Positions 47,279-57,062 are shown, numbered from the stretch's first letter. The stretch: 64,000 nt of DNA from Phycisphaeraceae bacterium (GCA_041743835.1 JBGTLW010000341.1:707-64706), one strand, 5' to 3'. Translations and numbers: made by a program. Notes: generated from the letters alone by a model not told the origin.

Positions 47279-47752
47279 ATGCGATTAACCGATATCCTCC
47301 AACCCGACTGCATACGGGTCCCGCTCGCATCGACGGACAAGCAGTCCGCGATTTTCGAGCTTGCCGATCTGCTCTGTGCGCACACCCCGATCGAGGACCC
47401 CGAGGAACTCAAGCAGGCCGTCTGGGCACGTGAAACCACACGCACCACCGGCATCGGCCACGGCATCGGCATCCCGCACGGCAAGTGCGACGGCGTCGAT
47501 AAACTCCGCATGGCGATCGGCACCACCCCCCCAGACTCCGAAGGCATCGAGTTCGGCTCCATCGACAAGAAGCCGGTGGACCTGGTCATCCTCCTCGCCT
47601 CACCACTGGACCAGACCGGCCCGCACATCCAGGCGCTGGCCAAGATCAGCCGGATGCTCACCGACGCGGTCATCCGTACCCAACTCAAGCAGGCCCCGGA
47701 CGCCCAAACACTCTACGACATGATTGTGCAGCACGAGAAGTTGACAGCGTGA
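47279..47752 (+). CDS. ptsN: PTS IIA-like nitrogen regulatory protein (EIIA-Ntr)
   Basis: 157 aa. It has ETTRTTGIGHGIGIPHGK with the phosphorylatable His context of the EIIA(Ntr/Fru) family. Confidence 0.85.
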   Translation: MRLTDILQPDCIRVPLASTDKQSAIFELADLLCAHTPIEDPEELKQAVWARETTRTTGIGHGIGIPHGKCDGVDKLRMAIGTTPPDSEGIEFGSIDKKPVDLVILLASPLDQTGPHIQALAKISRMLTDAVIRTQLKQAPDAQTLYDMIVQHEKLTA

Positions 47753-47834
47753 GAGCATTGCCAAGGCAACGCTCCCCGACGGTCGCGGCTCGGTTGGGCA
47801 TCGCCCCCCGAGCACCACTCAAGCGACTTGCTGA

Positions 47835-48437
47835 TTATTCTTCCGCGAGGGCCGCGTCGATCGCGGTGACCAACACCTCGGACTCGGGCGTCACCTTCGA
47901 GCGGAAACGTTGAACCAACTCGCCCTGGCGGTTAATCAAAAACTTCTCGAAGTTCCACTTCACCGGCCCCTTGTCCGCGAGCGGGGCGCTGTCGCCGGTG
48001 AGATACTGGAACAGCGGCGCAGCATCCTTGCCATTCACATCCACCTTGCTGAACAGCGGGAACGTCACGCCATACTTCTCCTCGCAGAACGCGGCGATCT
48101 CTTCCTCCGTGCCCGGCTCCTGCCCGCCGAACTGGTTGCACGGGAAGCCCAGGATCACCAGCCCCTTCTCGTGGTGGTCGGTGTAGAGCTTCTGCAGCCC
48201 CTTGTACTGCTTGGTGTGCCCACACTTGCTGGCCACGTTGACGATGAGCACCACCTTGCCCTTGTACTGCGAGAGGTCCACGGGGTTGCCATCGATATCG
48301 TTCATGGTGAACTGGAGCGGTGTGGTCACGGGGGTCTCCTCTTGTGTCGCGGCCGGGGCCTGCTCGCCAAACGCCAGACATGCAGCCACCGCCATCGCTG
48401 CGGCACCAGTGATCATGGACAAGGTCGGTCGCAACAT
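47835..48437 (-). CDS. Glutathione peroxidase (Cys-type) with signal peptide
   Basis: ATG 48437 with GGAG 6 nt upstream. It has VLIVNVASKCGHTKQY, LGFPCNQFGGQEPG and VKWNFEKFL. The track ORF start at 48560 is a run-on. Confidence 0.9.
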   Translation of the reverse strand: MLRPTLSMITGAAAMAVAACLAFGEQAPAATQEETPVTTPLQFTMNDIDGNPVDLSQYKGKVVLIVNVASKCGHTKQYKGLQKLYTDHHEKGLVILGFPCNQFGGQEPGTEEEIAAFCEEKYGVTFPLFSKVDVNGKDAAPLFQYLTGDSAPLADKGPVKWNFEKFLINRQGELVQRFRSKVTPESEVLVTAIDAALAEE

Positions 48438-48572
48438 TGAATACTCCATCAGGTAAGGAACGGGCTTAACGCCAGAACGAACCGGGCCGGGGTCAACACA
48501 ACCCCATTCACGCACCAGTATAGCGCACCGCCCGGCAAATCTCCTGTCGGGCCACAACACCGTGCAGGGACG

Positions 48573-49667
48573 TCAGCGGACGATGCGTGCGCCGCCGCCC
48601 TTGACGACGTGCTCGAGTTCCTTGAGCGTGATCTCGGAGGTGTCGCCCCGGGTGGTCATGAGCATGGCCCCGTGGCAGGTTCCCCAGTTGACAGCCTCGG
48701 CCGGGGTCTTGCCGGTGAGGAAGGCATAGGTGAAGCCGGAGGCAAAGCCGTCGCCGCCGCCCACGCGGTCTTCGAGGATCAGTCGCTCGAAGTTGGGGCC
48801 GTGGTAGAACGCGTCGTGTTCCGCGTCGTAAAGGATGGCGGACCAATCGTTCTCGGTGGCGTTGATGACAGCCCGGAGGGTGGTGCCGACGATTTTGATG
48901 TTGGGGTAGTCCTTGGCGACCTGCCGGACCATGGATTTGTAGTGCTCGATGGGCAACTCGCCGCCGCCCTCGATGTCGGCCCCCTCGACCTCGTAACCGA
49001 GCACCTTCTGGAAGTCCTCTTCGTTGCCGATCAGGCAGTCGATGTATTTCATCAATGGCTTGGTGGTGGCGATGGCGTCGGCACTGGACCAGAGCTTGGA
49101 GCGGAAGTTAAGGTCGTAGCTGACAATGGTGCCGGCCTCATGCGCAGCCTTGAGCGCCTCGGCCGCGACCTTACGCGTACTCTCGCTGAGGCACGTAAAG
49201 ATGCCGCCGGTGTGGAGCCAGCGGACGCCACGCCCCCGGAAGAGTTTGTCCCAGTCCACCTGGCCCGGTTGCATGTTGGCGGTAGCGGAGTGGCCCCGGT
49301 CGTAGAGGGTGACCGCGGCCCGTGGCCCGACGCCGACCTCGGTGAAGTTGAGCCCCATGCGAGCCTTGCGTCCGACACCGTCGTAAGGCATGGTGACCAC
49401 GTGTGAGACATCCATGCCGACGCCGCGGGCCTGGTTGAGCGCGATCATCGAGACGGGGTTGTCCACCAGCCCACCGACCCACCCGGTCCGCAGCCCCAGG
49501 CGGGCCAGCGCGTAAGCGACGTTGAACTCTCCCCCGCCGACGTACACATCAAACTTCTTCGCGAACTCGATCCGGCCGTGGCCCTCGGGCGAGAGGCGGA
49601 CCATGCACTCGCCGAGGGCGACGAGGTCGAGTTCACATTGATCTGCGGGCTTGAGTTTGAGCGACAT
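48573..49667 (-). CDS. PfkB-family sugar kinase (2-keto-3-deoxygluconate kinase-like)
   Basis: ATG 49667. It reads MSLKLKPADQCELDLVALGECMVRLSP..GGGEFNVAYALARLG and has the C-terminal ATP motif DRVGGGDGFASGF. Confidence 0.8.
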   Translation of the reverse strand: MSLKLKPADQCELDLVALGECMVRLSPEGHGRIEFAKKFDVYVGGGEFNVAYALARLGLRTGWVGGLVDNPVSMIALNQARGVGMDVSHVVTMPYDGVGRKARMGLNFTEVGVGPRAAVTLYDRGHSATANMQPGQVDWDKLFRGRGVRWLHTGGIFTCLSESTRKVAAEALKAAHEAGTIVSYDLNFRSKLWSSADAIATTKPLMKYIDCLIGNEEDFQKVLGYEVEGADIEGGGELPIEHYKSMVRQVAKDYPNIKIVGTTLRAVINATENDWSAILYDAEHDAFYHGPNFERLILEDRVGGGDGFASGFTYAFLTGKTPAEAVNWGTCHGAMLMTTRGDTSEITLKELEHVVKGGGARIVR

Positions 49668-49765
49668 CGGTCTGGTTCCTTGCTGCCTGAAAGTGAGGGG
49701 GTGGGTAAGTGGTCGGTCGGCTGACTCGGCGGACCTGATTCGTCGGCATAGCATAGCGATTCGTT

Positions 49766-49778
49766 CGTGACCGTCACG
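49766..49778. promoter_or_regulatory. Perfect palindrome CGTGAC-C-GTCACG in the divergent kinase / epimerase promoter region (candidate operator)
   Basis: Read directly. It lies between ATG 49667 (minus strand) and ATG 49830 (plus strand). Confidence 0.4.
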
Positions 49779-49829
49779 CCATGCGACGTAAGGCGTTGCA
49801 TATTCACAAGGGATCGGTAACCTCCGGGC

Positions 49830-51098
49830 ATGAAAACTGCTTCACCGCGACCCTCGGCCCTGGGGCTTGCCCCGTCGTTTGGCTTCGGCGACCGCATGGG
49901 CCTGGCAGGGCCGGGTCACCTCGCCGCGCTCCGGCAGGACGGCGGGCCGATCAAGGGCCTCTTCGCTCAGCAGTCCATCCGAGAGATGACCCGGACGCAG
50001 CGTACCCCGCGCGATGTAATGTCCGCCGCGATCGATACGCTTGCCGCGGGGGGCTACACCGAGGCATGGGGCGCGGATGCGGACCACCTCAAGCTGCCCG
50101 CTGATGTGGATGTCACAGCAGACGCGGGCTTCGTGTTCTTCACGATCGACCCCTCCGCGCACGTGGATCAGAAGGCAGACAACTACACGGCAAATGAGAT
50201 CGACGCGATGTACCACGCCCCAGCGTGGGCGGCGGACTACCTGGGCAAGACCATCGCAGTGCCCGGCGGGCCGACCGTGAAGTTCGACTCACCGACCGTG
50301 AAGCGTGCGGCAGTGAAGTACGGAAGGGCCATCGACCACGCCATCGAGCTCGCTGCTTACATCAAAACTGCAGCCTCCCAGCGTGGCCAGGACCACGAGA
50401 TCGAGATCAGCGTGGACGAAACCGACCAGCCGACCACGCTTGCCGAGCACTACATCATCGCTGAGCAGCTCCTCAAGTCGGGCATGAATCTGGTGTCGCT
50501 GGCACCCCGGTTCATCGGCGAACTGGAAAAGGGGATCGACTACATCGGGGATGTGGAGGCACTGGAGCGCTCCCTTGCCGATCATGCCGCGATCGCCCGG
50601 CATCTTGGGCCGTACAAGCTGAGCCTGCACTCGGGTTCGGACAAGCTGTCGATGTATGCCCGGTTTGCCCGCGCGACCGCGGGGCTGTTCCACGTCAAGA
50701 CCGCGGGCACGAGCTATCTCGAAGCGTTGCGTGTGGTGAACCGCCACGCGCCACAGACGTTCCGGGAGATCGTTGATTTTTCGCGTGGCCGGTACGACAC
50801 CGACAAGGCCACGTATCACGTCCACGCTCAGGTGGCCGATGTGCCCGCCCCGGCTGATGTGGCCGACGACCACGAGCTTGAGGGGCTGTATCTGGAGCAC
50901 TGGGACCAGGTGCCCCATGGTTGCGGCTTCACGATGCCCGGGCGGCAGATACTGCACTGCACGTTCGGCTCGGTGCTGACCAGCAAGCGGTTCGGGCCGA
51001 TGGTCTTCCAGATCCTTCGCGAGCACCCCGATACACACCGCAGTATTCTCGCGGACCACTTCGGGCGGCACCTGTGTGCGTTGCGCGCGGGGTTGTGA
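49830..51098 (+). CDS. Tagaturonate/fructuronate epimerase (UxaE)-like protein
   Basis: 422 aa. As I remember the family, the N-terminal SFGFGDRMGLAGPGHL segment and the overall size match UxaE. The context (divergent from a KdgK-like kinase and upstream of a heparinase II/III-like gene) fits uronate catabolism. The assignment is from memory and is not verified. Confidence 0.45.
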   Translation: MKTASPRPSALGLAPSFGFGDRMGLAGPGHLAALRQDGGPIKGLFAQQSIREMTRTQRTPRDVMSAAIDTLAAGGYTEAWGADADHLKLPADVDVTADAGFVFFTIDPSAHVDQKADNYTANEIDAMYHAPAWAADYLGKTIAVPGGPTVKFDSPTVKRAAVKYGRAIDHAIELAAYIKTAASQRGQDHEIEISVDETDQPTTLAEHYIIAEQLLKSGMNLVSLAPRFIGELEKGIDYIGDVEALERSLADHAAIARHLGPYKLSLHSGSDKLSMYARFARATAGLFHVKTAGTSYLEALRVVNRHAPQTFREIVDFSRGRYDTDKATYHVHAQVADVPAPADVADDHELEGLYLEHWDQVPHGCGFTMPGRQILHCTFGSVLTSKRFGPMVFQILREHPDTHRSILADHFGRHLCALRAGL

Positions 51099-51155
51099 AG
51101 CCTAAGCCCACACCGCGAAGATTATGTCTCTGAAAGAAAGGCCGCGAGACCCCTG

Positions 51156-53009
51156 ATGAAGCCATCACCACCCGTCATCACCCTGCCCGACGACCCGTTG
51201 GCAACACTGCGTGCAGCACCGCCCTATGTGCTTGCCACGGCCGAGCGGTTCGAGCAAGCGAAGGCCAATGCCGTCAGGGACCCCGGCCTCGCGGCCATGA
51301 TCGACGCCATCCGCGCGCAAGCCACCGCCCTGCTCGATGAGCCGCCGCGGACCCACGACATCCCCGACGGCAAGCGGTTGCTTGAGGTCAGCCGCGACGT
51401 GGTGGACCGGGTCACGATACTGGCGTTTACCTGGCGCATGGGGCCGGAGGACCGTTGGCGTGATCGGCTCTGGGCCGAGCTCGACGCGGTGAGCCGGTTC
51501 CCCGACTGGAACCCGTCGCACTTCCTGGACACAGCGGAGATGGCCCACGCCGTGGCGATCGGCTACGACTGGCTGCATGAGGCGTGGAGCGACGCGCAGC
51601 GAAAGACCCTGCGCGATGCGATGATCCATCACGCGATTGAGCCGGCGTTTGGCAGGTATCGCGGCGGGGCAAACTGGAGTTGGGACGTCGCGGTCAACAA
51701 CTGGAACGTGGTGTGCAACGGCGGGATCCTGACCGCCGCCATCGCCATCGCGGCCGACGAACCAGACGTTGCCCGCGAAGTGCTGCGGAACGCGCTGACG
51801 AAGATGCCCATCTGTCTCCAGCACTTTGCACCCGACGGCGGCTGGCCCGAGGGCCCCGGCTACTGGGCATACACACTCCGCTACCTCGTCGCGTCGCTCT
51901 CGACCCTGCACGCAGCGCTCGGCACGGACTTTGGCCTTGGCGACCTGCCGGGGCTTTCGCAGACCGCTGGCTTCCCGTGTGTTTTCACAGGCCCGGCGGG
52001 GCAGACCTTCAACTATTCCGACGGCAACGCGGGCACCCCCAAGGCCCCGCCGTGGAGCAGGAGCCACGTCTTCCATTATCTGGCGCACCACTACCAGGAC
52101 CCCCGCTGGATCGTGCCCGATCTGTGGCAAGATAAACCGCACGCGCTCAACGTCCTCTACCACCAGCCTACACCCGCGAACCCGCCCATGCCGCCGCTCG
52201 ATGCGCATTACCAGAGCGTCGAGGCTGTGGTCATGCGTTCGGCCTGGGGCGATCCTCACGCGTTCTACGTCGCGACCCAGTGCGGCAAGAACACCGTCGG
52301 CCACAACCAGGCAGACCTTGGCACCTTCGTCTTCGATGCCGCGGGCCACCGCTTCGCGGAAGACCTCGGACCCGACGACTACAACTTGCCGAGCTTCTTC
52401 GGGGAACAGCGCTACACCTACTACCGCAACCGCGCCGAGGGCCACAACATCGCGGTGATCGATCCGGACGCCACGGCCGGGCAGGACGTCAACGCCGGCG
52501 GCAGCGTGACCGCATTCGATCCCGATCCGGCCTCACCTTCCGTGACAATGGACCTTACCGCGGGCTACCCCGCCGCGCAGAGCTATACCCGCCGCATCGG
52601 CCTGCCGGACCGCAAGGCGCTTGTCATCGAGGACGAAATTGAACCCAAGCGGGCGTGTGATGTCTGGTGGTTCTGGCACACGCGGGCCACCATCGTCGTG
52701 GCGGATGACGGCCAATCCGCCTTGCTTCGGCGTGGCACCGCGGCGATCAGGCTCACGCTCGAATCCAACCCGCCCGCCCGCTTCATCGCGATGGATGCCC
52801 GCCCGCTGCCGACCTCACCCGATCCAGTGGGCCAGAACCCCAACAACGGCGCGAAACTGCTGAACAACGCCCTGCACCACCGCGTCAAAGTCGGCGACAC
52901 CCCCCGCTTCGGCGAGCCGGACCCGGAACAGGCCATTCGAAAGCTGGCCGTGAAGTTTGAGAACAGCCGGGGCATCAAGCTCAAGGTGGTCGCTCACGTC
53001 GAGCCGTAG
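51156..53009 (+). CDS. Heparinase II/III-like (polysaccharide lyase family) protein
   Basis: 617 aa. It has an N-terminal alpha/alpha toroid-like region (WNVVCNGGILTAAIAIA) and a C-terminal heparinase II/III-like segment (GHNQADLGTFVFDAAGHRFAEDLG..YYRNRAEGHNIAVID). Confidence 0.7.
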   Translation: MKPSPPVITLPDDPLATLRAAPPYVLATAERFEQAKANAVRDPGLAAMIDAIRAQATALLDEPPRTHDIPDGKRLLEVSRDVVDRVTILAFTWRMGPEDRWRDRLWAELDAVSRFPDWNPSHFLDTAEMAHAVAIGYDWLHEAWSDAQRKTLRDAMIHHAIEPAFGRYRGGANWSWDVAVNNWNVVCNGGILTAAIAIAADEPDVAREVLRNALTKMPICLQHFAPDGGWPEGPGYWAYTLRYLVASLSTLHAALGTDFGLGDLPGLSQTAGFPCVFTGPAGQTFNYSDGNAGTPKAPPWSRSHVFHYLAHHYQDPRWIVPDLWQDKPHALNVLYHQPTPANPPMPPLDAHYQSVEAVVMRSAWGDPHAFYVATQCGKNTVGHNQADLGTFVFDAAGHRFAEDLGPDDYNLPSFFGEQRYTYYRNRAEGHNIAVIDPDATAGQDVNAGGSVTAFDPDPASPSVTMDLTAGYPAAQSYTRRIGLPDRKALVIEDEIEPKRACDVWWFWHTRATIVVADDGQSALLRRGTAAIRLTLESNPPARFIAMDARPLPTSPDPVGQNPNNGAKLLNNALHHRVKVGDTPRFGEPDPEQAIRKLAVKFENSRGIKLKVVAHVEP

Positions 53010-53015
53010 CGCGGA

Positions 53016-54308
53016 CTAGTCATGCCGCAGGGCGACGATGGGGTCTTGCCACGCGGCCTTGATCGCGGGATACAAGCCAAACGCGACACCCGTGAGCACG
53101 GCAAAGCAGAACGCAATCACCGTGTAGACCATGCTGAACACAGGGCTTGGCAACTGGGTCTGGAATTGGCTGATGACCCAGAGTGCCGTCACCAGCACGA
53201 TGCCGACGATCACACCGATCACCCCGCCCACACCCGAGAGCACGGTGGTCTCGACCAAAAACTGTGCGATGATGTGCTGCCGTGTCGCGCCCATCGCCCG
53301 CCGGATGCCGATCTCACGTGTGCGTTCGGTGACCGAGGCGAGCATGATGTTCATGATGCCGATCCCGCCGACCAGCAGGCTCAGCGCCGCGATGAACACG
53401 ATCAGCAGCGTGAAGATGAACTGGGTGCGTTCGGCCTGCGTCAGCAGCTCCAGCGGGACGATGACGGTGACGTCCTGCTTGTCGCCGTGGGTCAGGTCCA
53501 TGGCCCGGCGGATCTTGGCGGCGAGCGGGATCACATCGTCTTTGTCTTCCGTGCGGACCACCAACTCGGTGAGCTCGACCTGCGTGATCTCCATCGTTCC
53601 CGAGCCACGGTTCATGCGTGTGTCGCCGAAGCTGGTGAGCGCAACCTGCATTGGGATGTGGATGTCAAAGTTCAGGTCGCGCCCGACCAGCGCCGTGCCC
53701 GCCCCACCCGCGAGGCCGATCGGCCGCAAGACTCCGATCACCGTGAACGTGTGCTCATCGACACGGAAGGTGGCCCCCACCGGGTCCTGCAACGGGAACA
53801 GCCGCTTGGCGACCGCGTCGCCGATGACCGCGACATTGTCCCGGCGCTGGGTGTCCAATTCGCTGATGTATCGGCCCCTGGCGAGCCGCAGCGATGTGAC
53901 CTCGATCAACTGCGGGGTGGTGCCAAAGACCTCCGCCGGGGCCGTGTTGTACCCGTTGATGACTTGCGAGCCTACCCGTTTGAGCGGGACCATGGCCTGG
54001 ATGGGGCCGATGGTGCTTTCGATCCGATGCACATCCCGCCGCAGGATGCCATAGGAGAGGACCCGCTGCCCCGCGTTGTCGCCCACATTCGCGGGCGCTG
54101 GCGGCTTGACGGATCGCACGATGATGTTGTTGGCCCCCATGTCCAGGATGCTGCGCAGGGCTTCCTGCTTAGTCCCCTCGCCGTGCGCCGCCATAGCGAT
54201 GACCGCCGCGACACCGATGATGATGCCCAGCGCGGTGAGCAGCGACCGCAGCTTGTGCAGCATGAGGTTGGCAAAGCCCAGGCGGAGTGTTCGCAGAAGG
54301 AAGGCCAT
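53016..54308 (-). CDS. ABC transporter permease, MacB/FtsX family
   Basis: It has FANLMLHKLRSLLTALGIIIGVAAVIAM (TM1 of the MacB-like fold), a large periplasmic domain and a C-terminal FtsX domain (ERTREIGIRRAMGATRQHI). There is no adjacent ATPase gene. Confidence 0.85.
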   Translation of the reverse strand: MAFLLRTLRLGFANLMLHKLRSLLTALGIIIGVAAVIAMAAHGEGTKQEALRSILDMGANNIIVRSVKPPAPANVGDNAGQRVLSYGILRRDVHRIESTIGPIQAMVPLKRVGSQVINGYNTAPAEVFGTTPQLIEVTSLRLARGRYISELDTQRRDNVAVIGDAVAKRLFPLQDPVGATFRVDEHTFTVIGVLRPIGLAGGAGTALVGRDLNFDIHIPMQVALTSFGDTRMNRGSGTMEITQVELTELVVRTEDKDDVIPLAAKIRRAMDLTHGDKQDVTVIVPLELLTQAERTQFIFTLLIVFIAALSLLVGGIGIMNIMLASVTERTREIGIRRAMGATRQHIIAQFLVETTVLSGVGGVIGVIVGIVLVTALWVISQFQTQLPSPVFSMVYTVIAFCFAVLTGVAFGLYPAIKAAWQDPIVALRHD

Positions 54309-54424
54309 GAGATCGGGCTAGCAAGCGGGGCGGAGGATGCGTGGCTGGGCTGTCGGGGGCTGTTGGTGTGCGGAGTTATGGATCGGGTTACACTAGGCAT
54401 CCATTGTAACGGACAGGCTTACTC

Positions 54425-54709
54425 ATGGCTGATATCGAGGTCGTCACCGAAACCGAGCAGACCGGGCACTGGCAGTACCGCGTGCGCGTGTTCGATCTTG
54501 GCAGGACGCACGAACACGACGTCACCCTGAGCTTTCAGGACTACGACCTGTGGTGCCGTGGCCGTGTCTCGCCTTCCCGGGTGGTAGAGGCTGCTTTCAA
54601 GTATCTGTTGGACCATGAGCCGGCATCGAGTATCTTGCCTCGCTTTGATTGCTCGGTCATTCGGCGGTATTTTCCTGCCGTGGATAAGGAGTTGCCGGGG
54701 CGGATTTGA
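54425..54709 (+). CDS. Small conserved hypothetical protein (94 aa)
   Basis: ATG start. It reads HWQYRVRVFD..HDVTLSFQDYDLW..VVEAAFKYLLDHEPASSILPRFDCSVIRRYFP. I have seen a similar unnamed pattern (..SIL..FDL.VI.RYFP..) in other phyla, but I cannot name a family. Confidence 0.55.
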   Translation: MADIEVVTETEQTGHWQYRVRVFDLGRTHEHDVTLSFQDYDLWCRGRVSPSRVVEAAFKYLLDHEPASSILPRFDCSVIRRYFPAVDKELPGRI

Positions 54710-54797
54710 GGGGATGGGGGACGGGGGAAAATGTGAATAAGAGAGCGGGGCCGGACGGCCCGCGCTGAACATTTGATGGGACACAAGGGAAATTACC

Positions 54798-55220
54798 ATG
54801 CTTAGCGCTGAAGACAAGGCCCACCTCAAGACCCTGAGTATCTGCTGGTATGTCTATGCCGGGCTCAACGTGCTGGGCATGCTGTGCGGCGGACTCTATG
54901 CCGTGCTTGGCGTCGTCGCGCTGTTCGCGGGTCAGGCTGAGAACGACGATGAGGCTGTCGTGATGGGGATCGTTTTCAGCGTGACCGGGGTGATCGTCAT
55001 GGTGTTGACGGTGCTGTCTGCGGTGCTCTTCTTCCTGACCGCAAAGGGGCTTGCCAACCACAAGCGCAAGACACTGATCTACATCTGCTCGGCCTTGGCT
55101 TGTCTCAATGTGCCGCTGGGCACGGTGCTTGGGATTTTCACGTTCATCGTGCTGGGCCGGCCGCAGGTGAAGGCGGCCTTTGAAGCACCCGCCGAGTGGG
55201 ACAGGCCCCAGCCGTATTAA
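54798..55220 (+). CDS. Small integral membrane protein (about 4 TM helices), unknown function
   Basis: 140 aa with four hydrophobic helices. The stop overlaps the convergent rmuC stop (TTAA at 55217-55220). Confidence 0.55.
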   Translation: MLSAEDKAHLKTLSICWYVYAGLNVLGMLCGGLYAVLGVVALFAGQAENDDEAVVMGIVFSVTGVIVMVLTVLSAVLFFLTAKGLANHKRKTLIYICSALACLNVPLGTVLGIFTFIVLGRPQVKAAFEAPAEWDRPQPY

Positions 55221-56575
55221 CCCTGGCCTTCGATGGCCTTGAGCTCGCGCGGGGCCTCGACCACCACAGGCAACGCACCCTCGGCGGGTAACTCCTTGTT
55301 GCTGTCCGCGCCGAACTCCTTGAACCGGCGCGCGCTTACCATCACCTGCGTCTCGTAGCTCCCCACAAACTTGTTGTAATGCTCCACGGTCTTGCCCACA
55401 GCCTTGCCCAGATTATCCAGGTGGCTGCACAGCGTGGCGATGCGGCTGTGAAGCTGCATCCCCAACTCGTTGACCTTCTGCGCGCTCTGGGCCACCTGCT
55501 CCTCGCGCCACCCCATCGCCACCGCCTTGAGCAGCGCGATCAGTGTGGAGGGCGTCGCCAGCACGATGTTGCGGTTAAACGCCAGCTCCATCAGGTCGGA
55601 CTTGCGCTGCAGCGCAGCTTGGAGGAATGATTCGCCGGGCAGAAACAGGATCACAAAATCAGGCGAGCGGGCGAACTGCTGCTGATAATCCTTGCTGGCA
55701 AGGTCGCTGATCTTCTCTTCCACGTGGCGGACAAATTGCAGGAAGAACACCTCGCGCTGCGCATCGTCGTCGCAGGCGATAGCGTCGAGGTAGGCGTTGA
55801 TCGGGGCCTTGCTGTCCACTACGATCTGCCGACCCGCGGGCAGATTGACCACCATGTCCGGCCGACGTGCCCGGCCGTCGCTGTCGCTGCCGGTGACCTG
55901 CTCGGTGAAGTCGCATCGCTCGATCATCCCGGCGTACTCCGCCACGCGACGCATCTGCATCTCGCCCCACCGGCCACGCACCTCGGGTCGGCGCAGGGCT
56001 TTCACCAGATTGGCTGTCTCGCCGCGGAGCGTTTTCTGGTCATCCACCAGTGTGCCGACCAGTTGCCGCAGGCCCTGGTAAGCACCCTCCCGGTCTTTCT
56101 CGATCTTGCCGACCACCTCGGCGTGCTTGTCCAGGCTCTCGCGGATGGGCTTGAGCATCGCGTCGATGGCGGCCTTGCGCTGCTCGAGTTGAGCACTTGC
56201 GTCCTTCTGCTCGCCCTTGAACTTCTGCTCCGCCAGTTGCAGGAACTGCTCGTTGGCCTGCTTTAGCACGTCCTGCGCCAGGACTCGGAACTTCTCATCC
56301 ATCCCGTCGAGCTTGGTGCGTAGCTGGGCCAGTTGCACATCGCGGTCGGCCACGTGCTGACGGAGCTGGGTGATGTCTCTGTCGCGCTCAGCGAGGTCGG
56401 CCTGGTGCCGCGTGATCTGCTCGGCTTGCAGCGAGATGTTCTGTTGACTGAGGGAGAGGTCGGTTGTAAGCCGATCGCGTTGCACCACGATGCTCTGGCG
56501 GGCGTGCCAGAAGTGGACGCAGGCCGCGAGGGCTGCGGCCAAGGCGATCGACAATCCGATGACGGCATAGATCAT
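55217..56575 (-). CDS. rmuC: DNA recombination protein RmuC
   Basis: It has an N-terminal TM helix and coiled coil, then GRWGEMQMRRVAEYAGM..CDF..PDMVVNLPAGRQIVVDSKAP..DFVILFLPGE. Confidence 0.9.
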   Translation of the reverse strand: MIYAVIGLSIALAAALAACVHFWHARQSIVVQRDRLTTDLSLSQQNISLQAEQITRHQADLAERDRDITQLRQHVADRDVQLAQLRTKLDGMDEKFRVLAQDVLKQANEQFLQLAEQKFKGEQKDASAQLEQRKAAIDAMLKPIRESLDKHAEVVGKIEKDREGAYQGLRQLVGTLVDDQKTLRGETANLVKALRRPEVRGRWGEMQMRRVAEYAGMIERCDFTEQVTGSDSDGRARRPDMVVNLPAGRQIVVDSKAPINAYLDAIACDDDAQREVFFLQFVRHVEEKISDLASKDYQQQFARSPDFVILFLPGESFLQAALQRKSDLMELAFNRNIVLATPSTLIALLKAVAMGWREEQVAQSAQKVNELGMQLHSRIATLCSHLDNLGKAVGKTVEHYNKFVGSYETQVMVSARRFKEFGADSNKELPAEGALPVVVEAPRELKAIEGQG

Positions 56576-56607
56576 GCCCGGATTCTAACGGTTCCGGGCT
56601 GGGGCCT

Positions 56608-56961
56608 TCACGCCTGAACGTCGAGGTGCCGGTACAGCGGCGTGGGCTGCGCGGGGTGCGTAGGGTCGTAGAGGTGGAGCTGCGCGGGGTCTGGCTCGGG
56701 TGAGCCGGCGGGGGCGCTTGGCTGGGCCTCGGCACCGCCCTCCCATAGCTTCTGGTAGCTCGGGGGCGGTTTGTCGGGCAGTTCCTGATCCGCATCGTGC
56801 GTCGCGGCGGCAGACGACAGGTGCATCTGGAAGGCCTGGTAACTGGCCCGCTCGGCATCGCGGGACTCGCGCGCACGAGAATCCTGCACCCTAGCTTCAC
56901 GCTGGGCGTTGTGGGCGGTCTGAGCCACCGCGGCGGCGATCCCTGTTCCCATGACGCTCAT
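56608..56961 (-). CDS. Hypothetical protein (117 aa)
   Basis: ATG start. It is co-directional and 33 nt upstream of rmuC. It has a helical N-terminus and a P/A-rich tail. I recognise no family. Confidence 0.45.
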   Translation of the reverse strand: MSVMGTGIAAAVAQTAHNAQREARVQDSRARESRDAERASYQAFQMHLSSAAATHDADQELPDKPPPSYQKLWEGGAEAQPSAPAGSPEPDPAQLHLYDPTHPAQPTPLYRHLDVQA

Positions 56962-57062
56962 ATAGTCTGTATCGGTCCAGACCTATGCGTGGCTTTTGCC
57001 TTGCGGGTTAATCCCTGAAAAACCGCCCCTGCGAGGGCTATAGGCGAGGCCCGGCCTGTCGA

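Noticed and set aside
45753-47288. 511-aa plus-strand ORF, plus similar long antisense ORFs (53022-54530, 30697-32277, 40957-42195, 26380-27342, 22092-22955, 9075-10178, 18608-19567, 25072-26022, 61497-62300)
   Set aside because: Each is antisense to a gene with unambiguous conserved motifs (recQ, macB-like, rarA, lpxL-like, pcrA, cysE, and others). Each also has arginine/glycine/histidine-rich composition and no motifs. These are high-GC frame artefacts.
53016-54308. Orphan MacB/FtsX permease as part of a novel efflux or defence system
   Set aside because: No ATPase, membrane-fusion or outer-membrane partner is adjacent. It is convergent with the heparinase-like gene and divergent from small ORFs. 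Orphan FtsX-type permeases are common in such genomes, so I see no evidence for a system.
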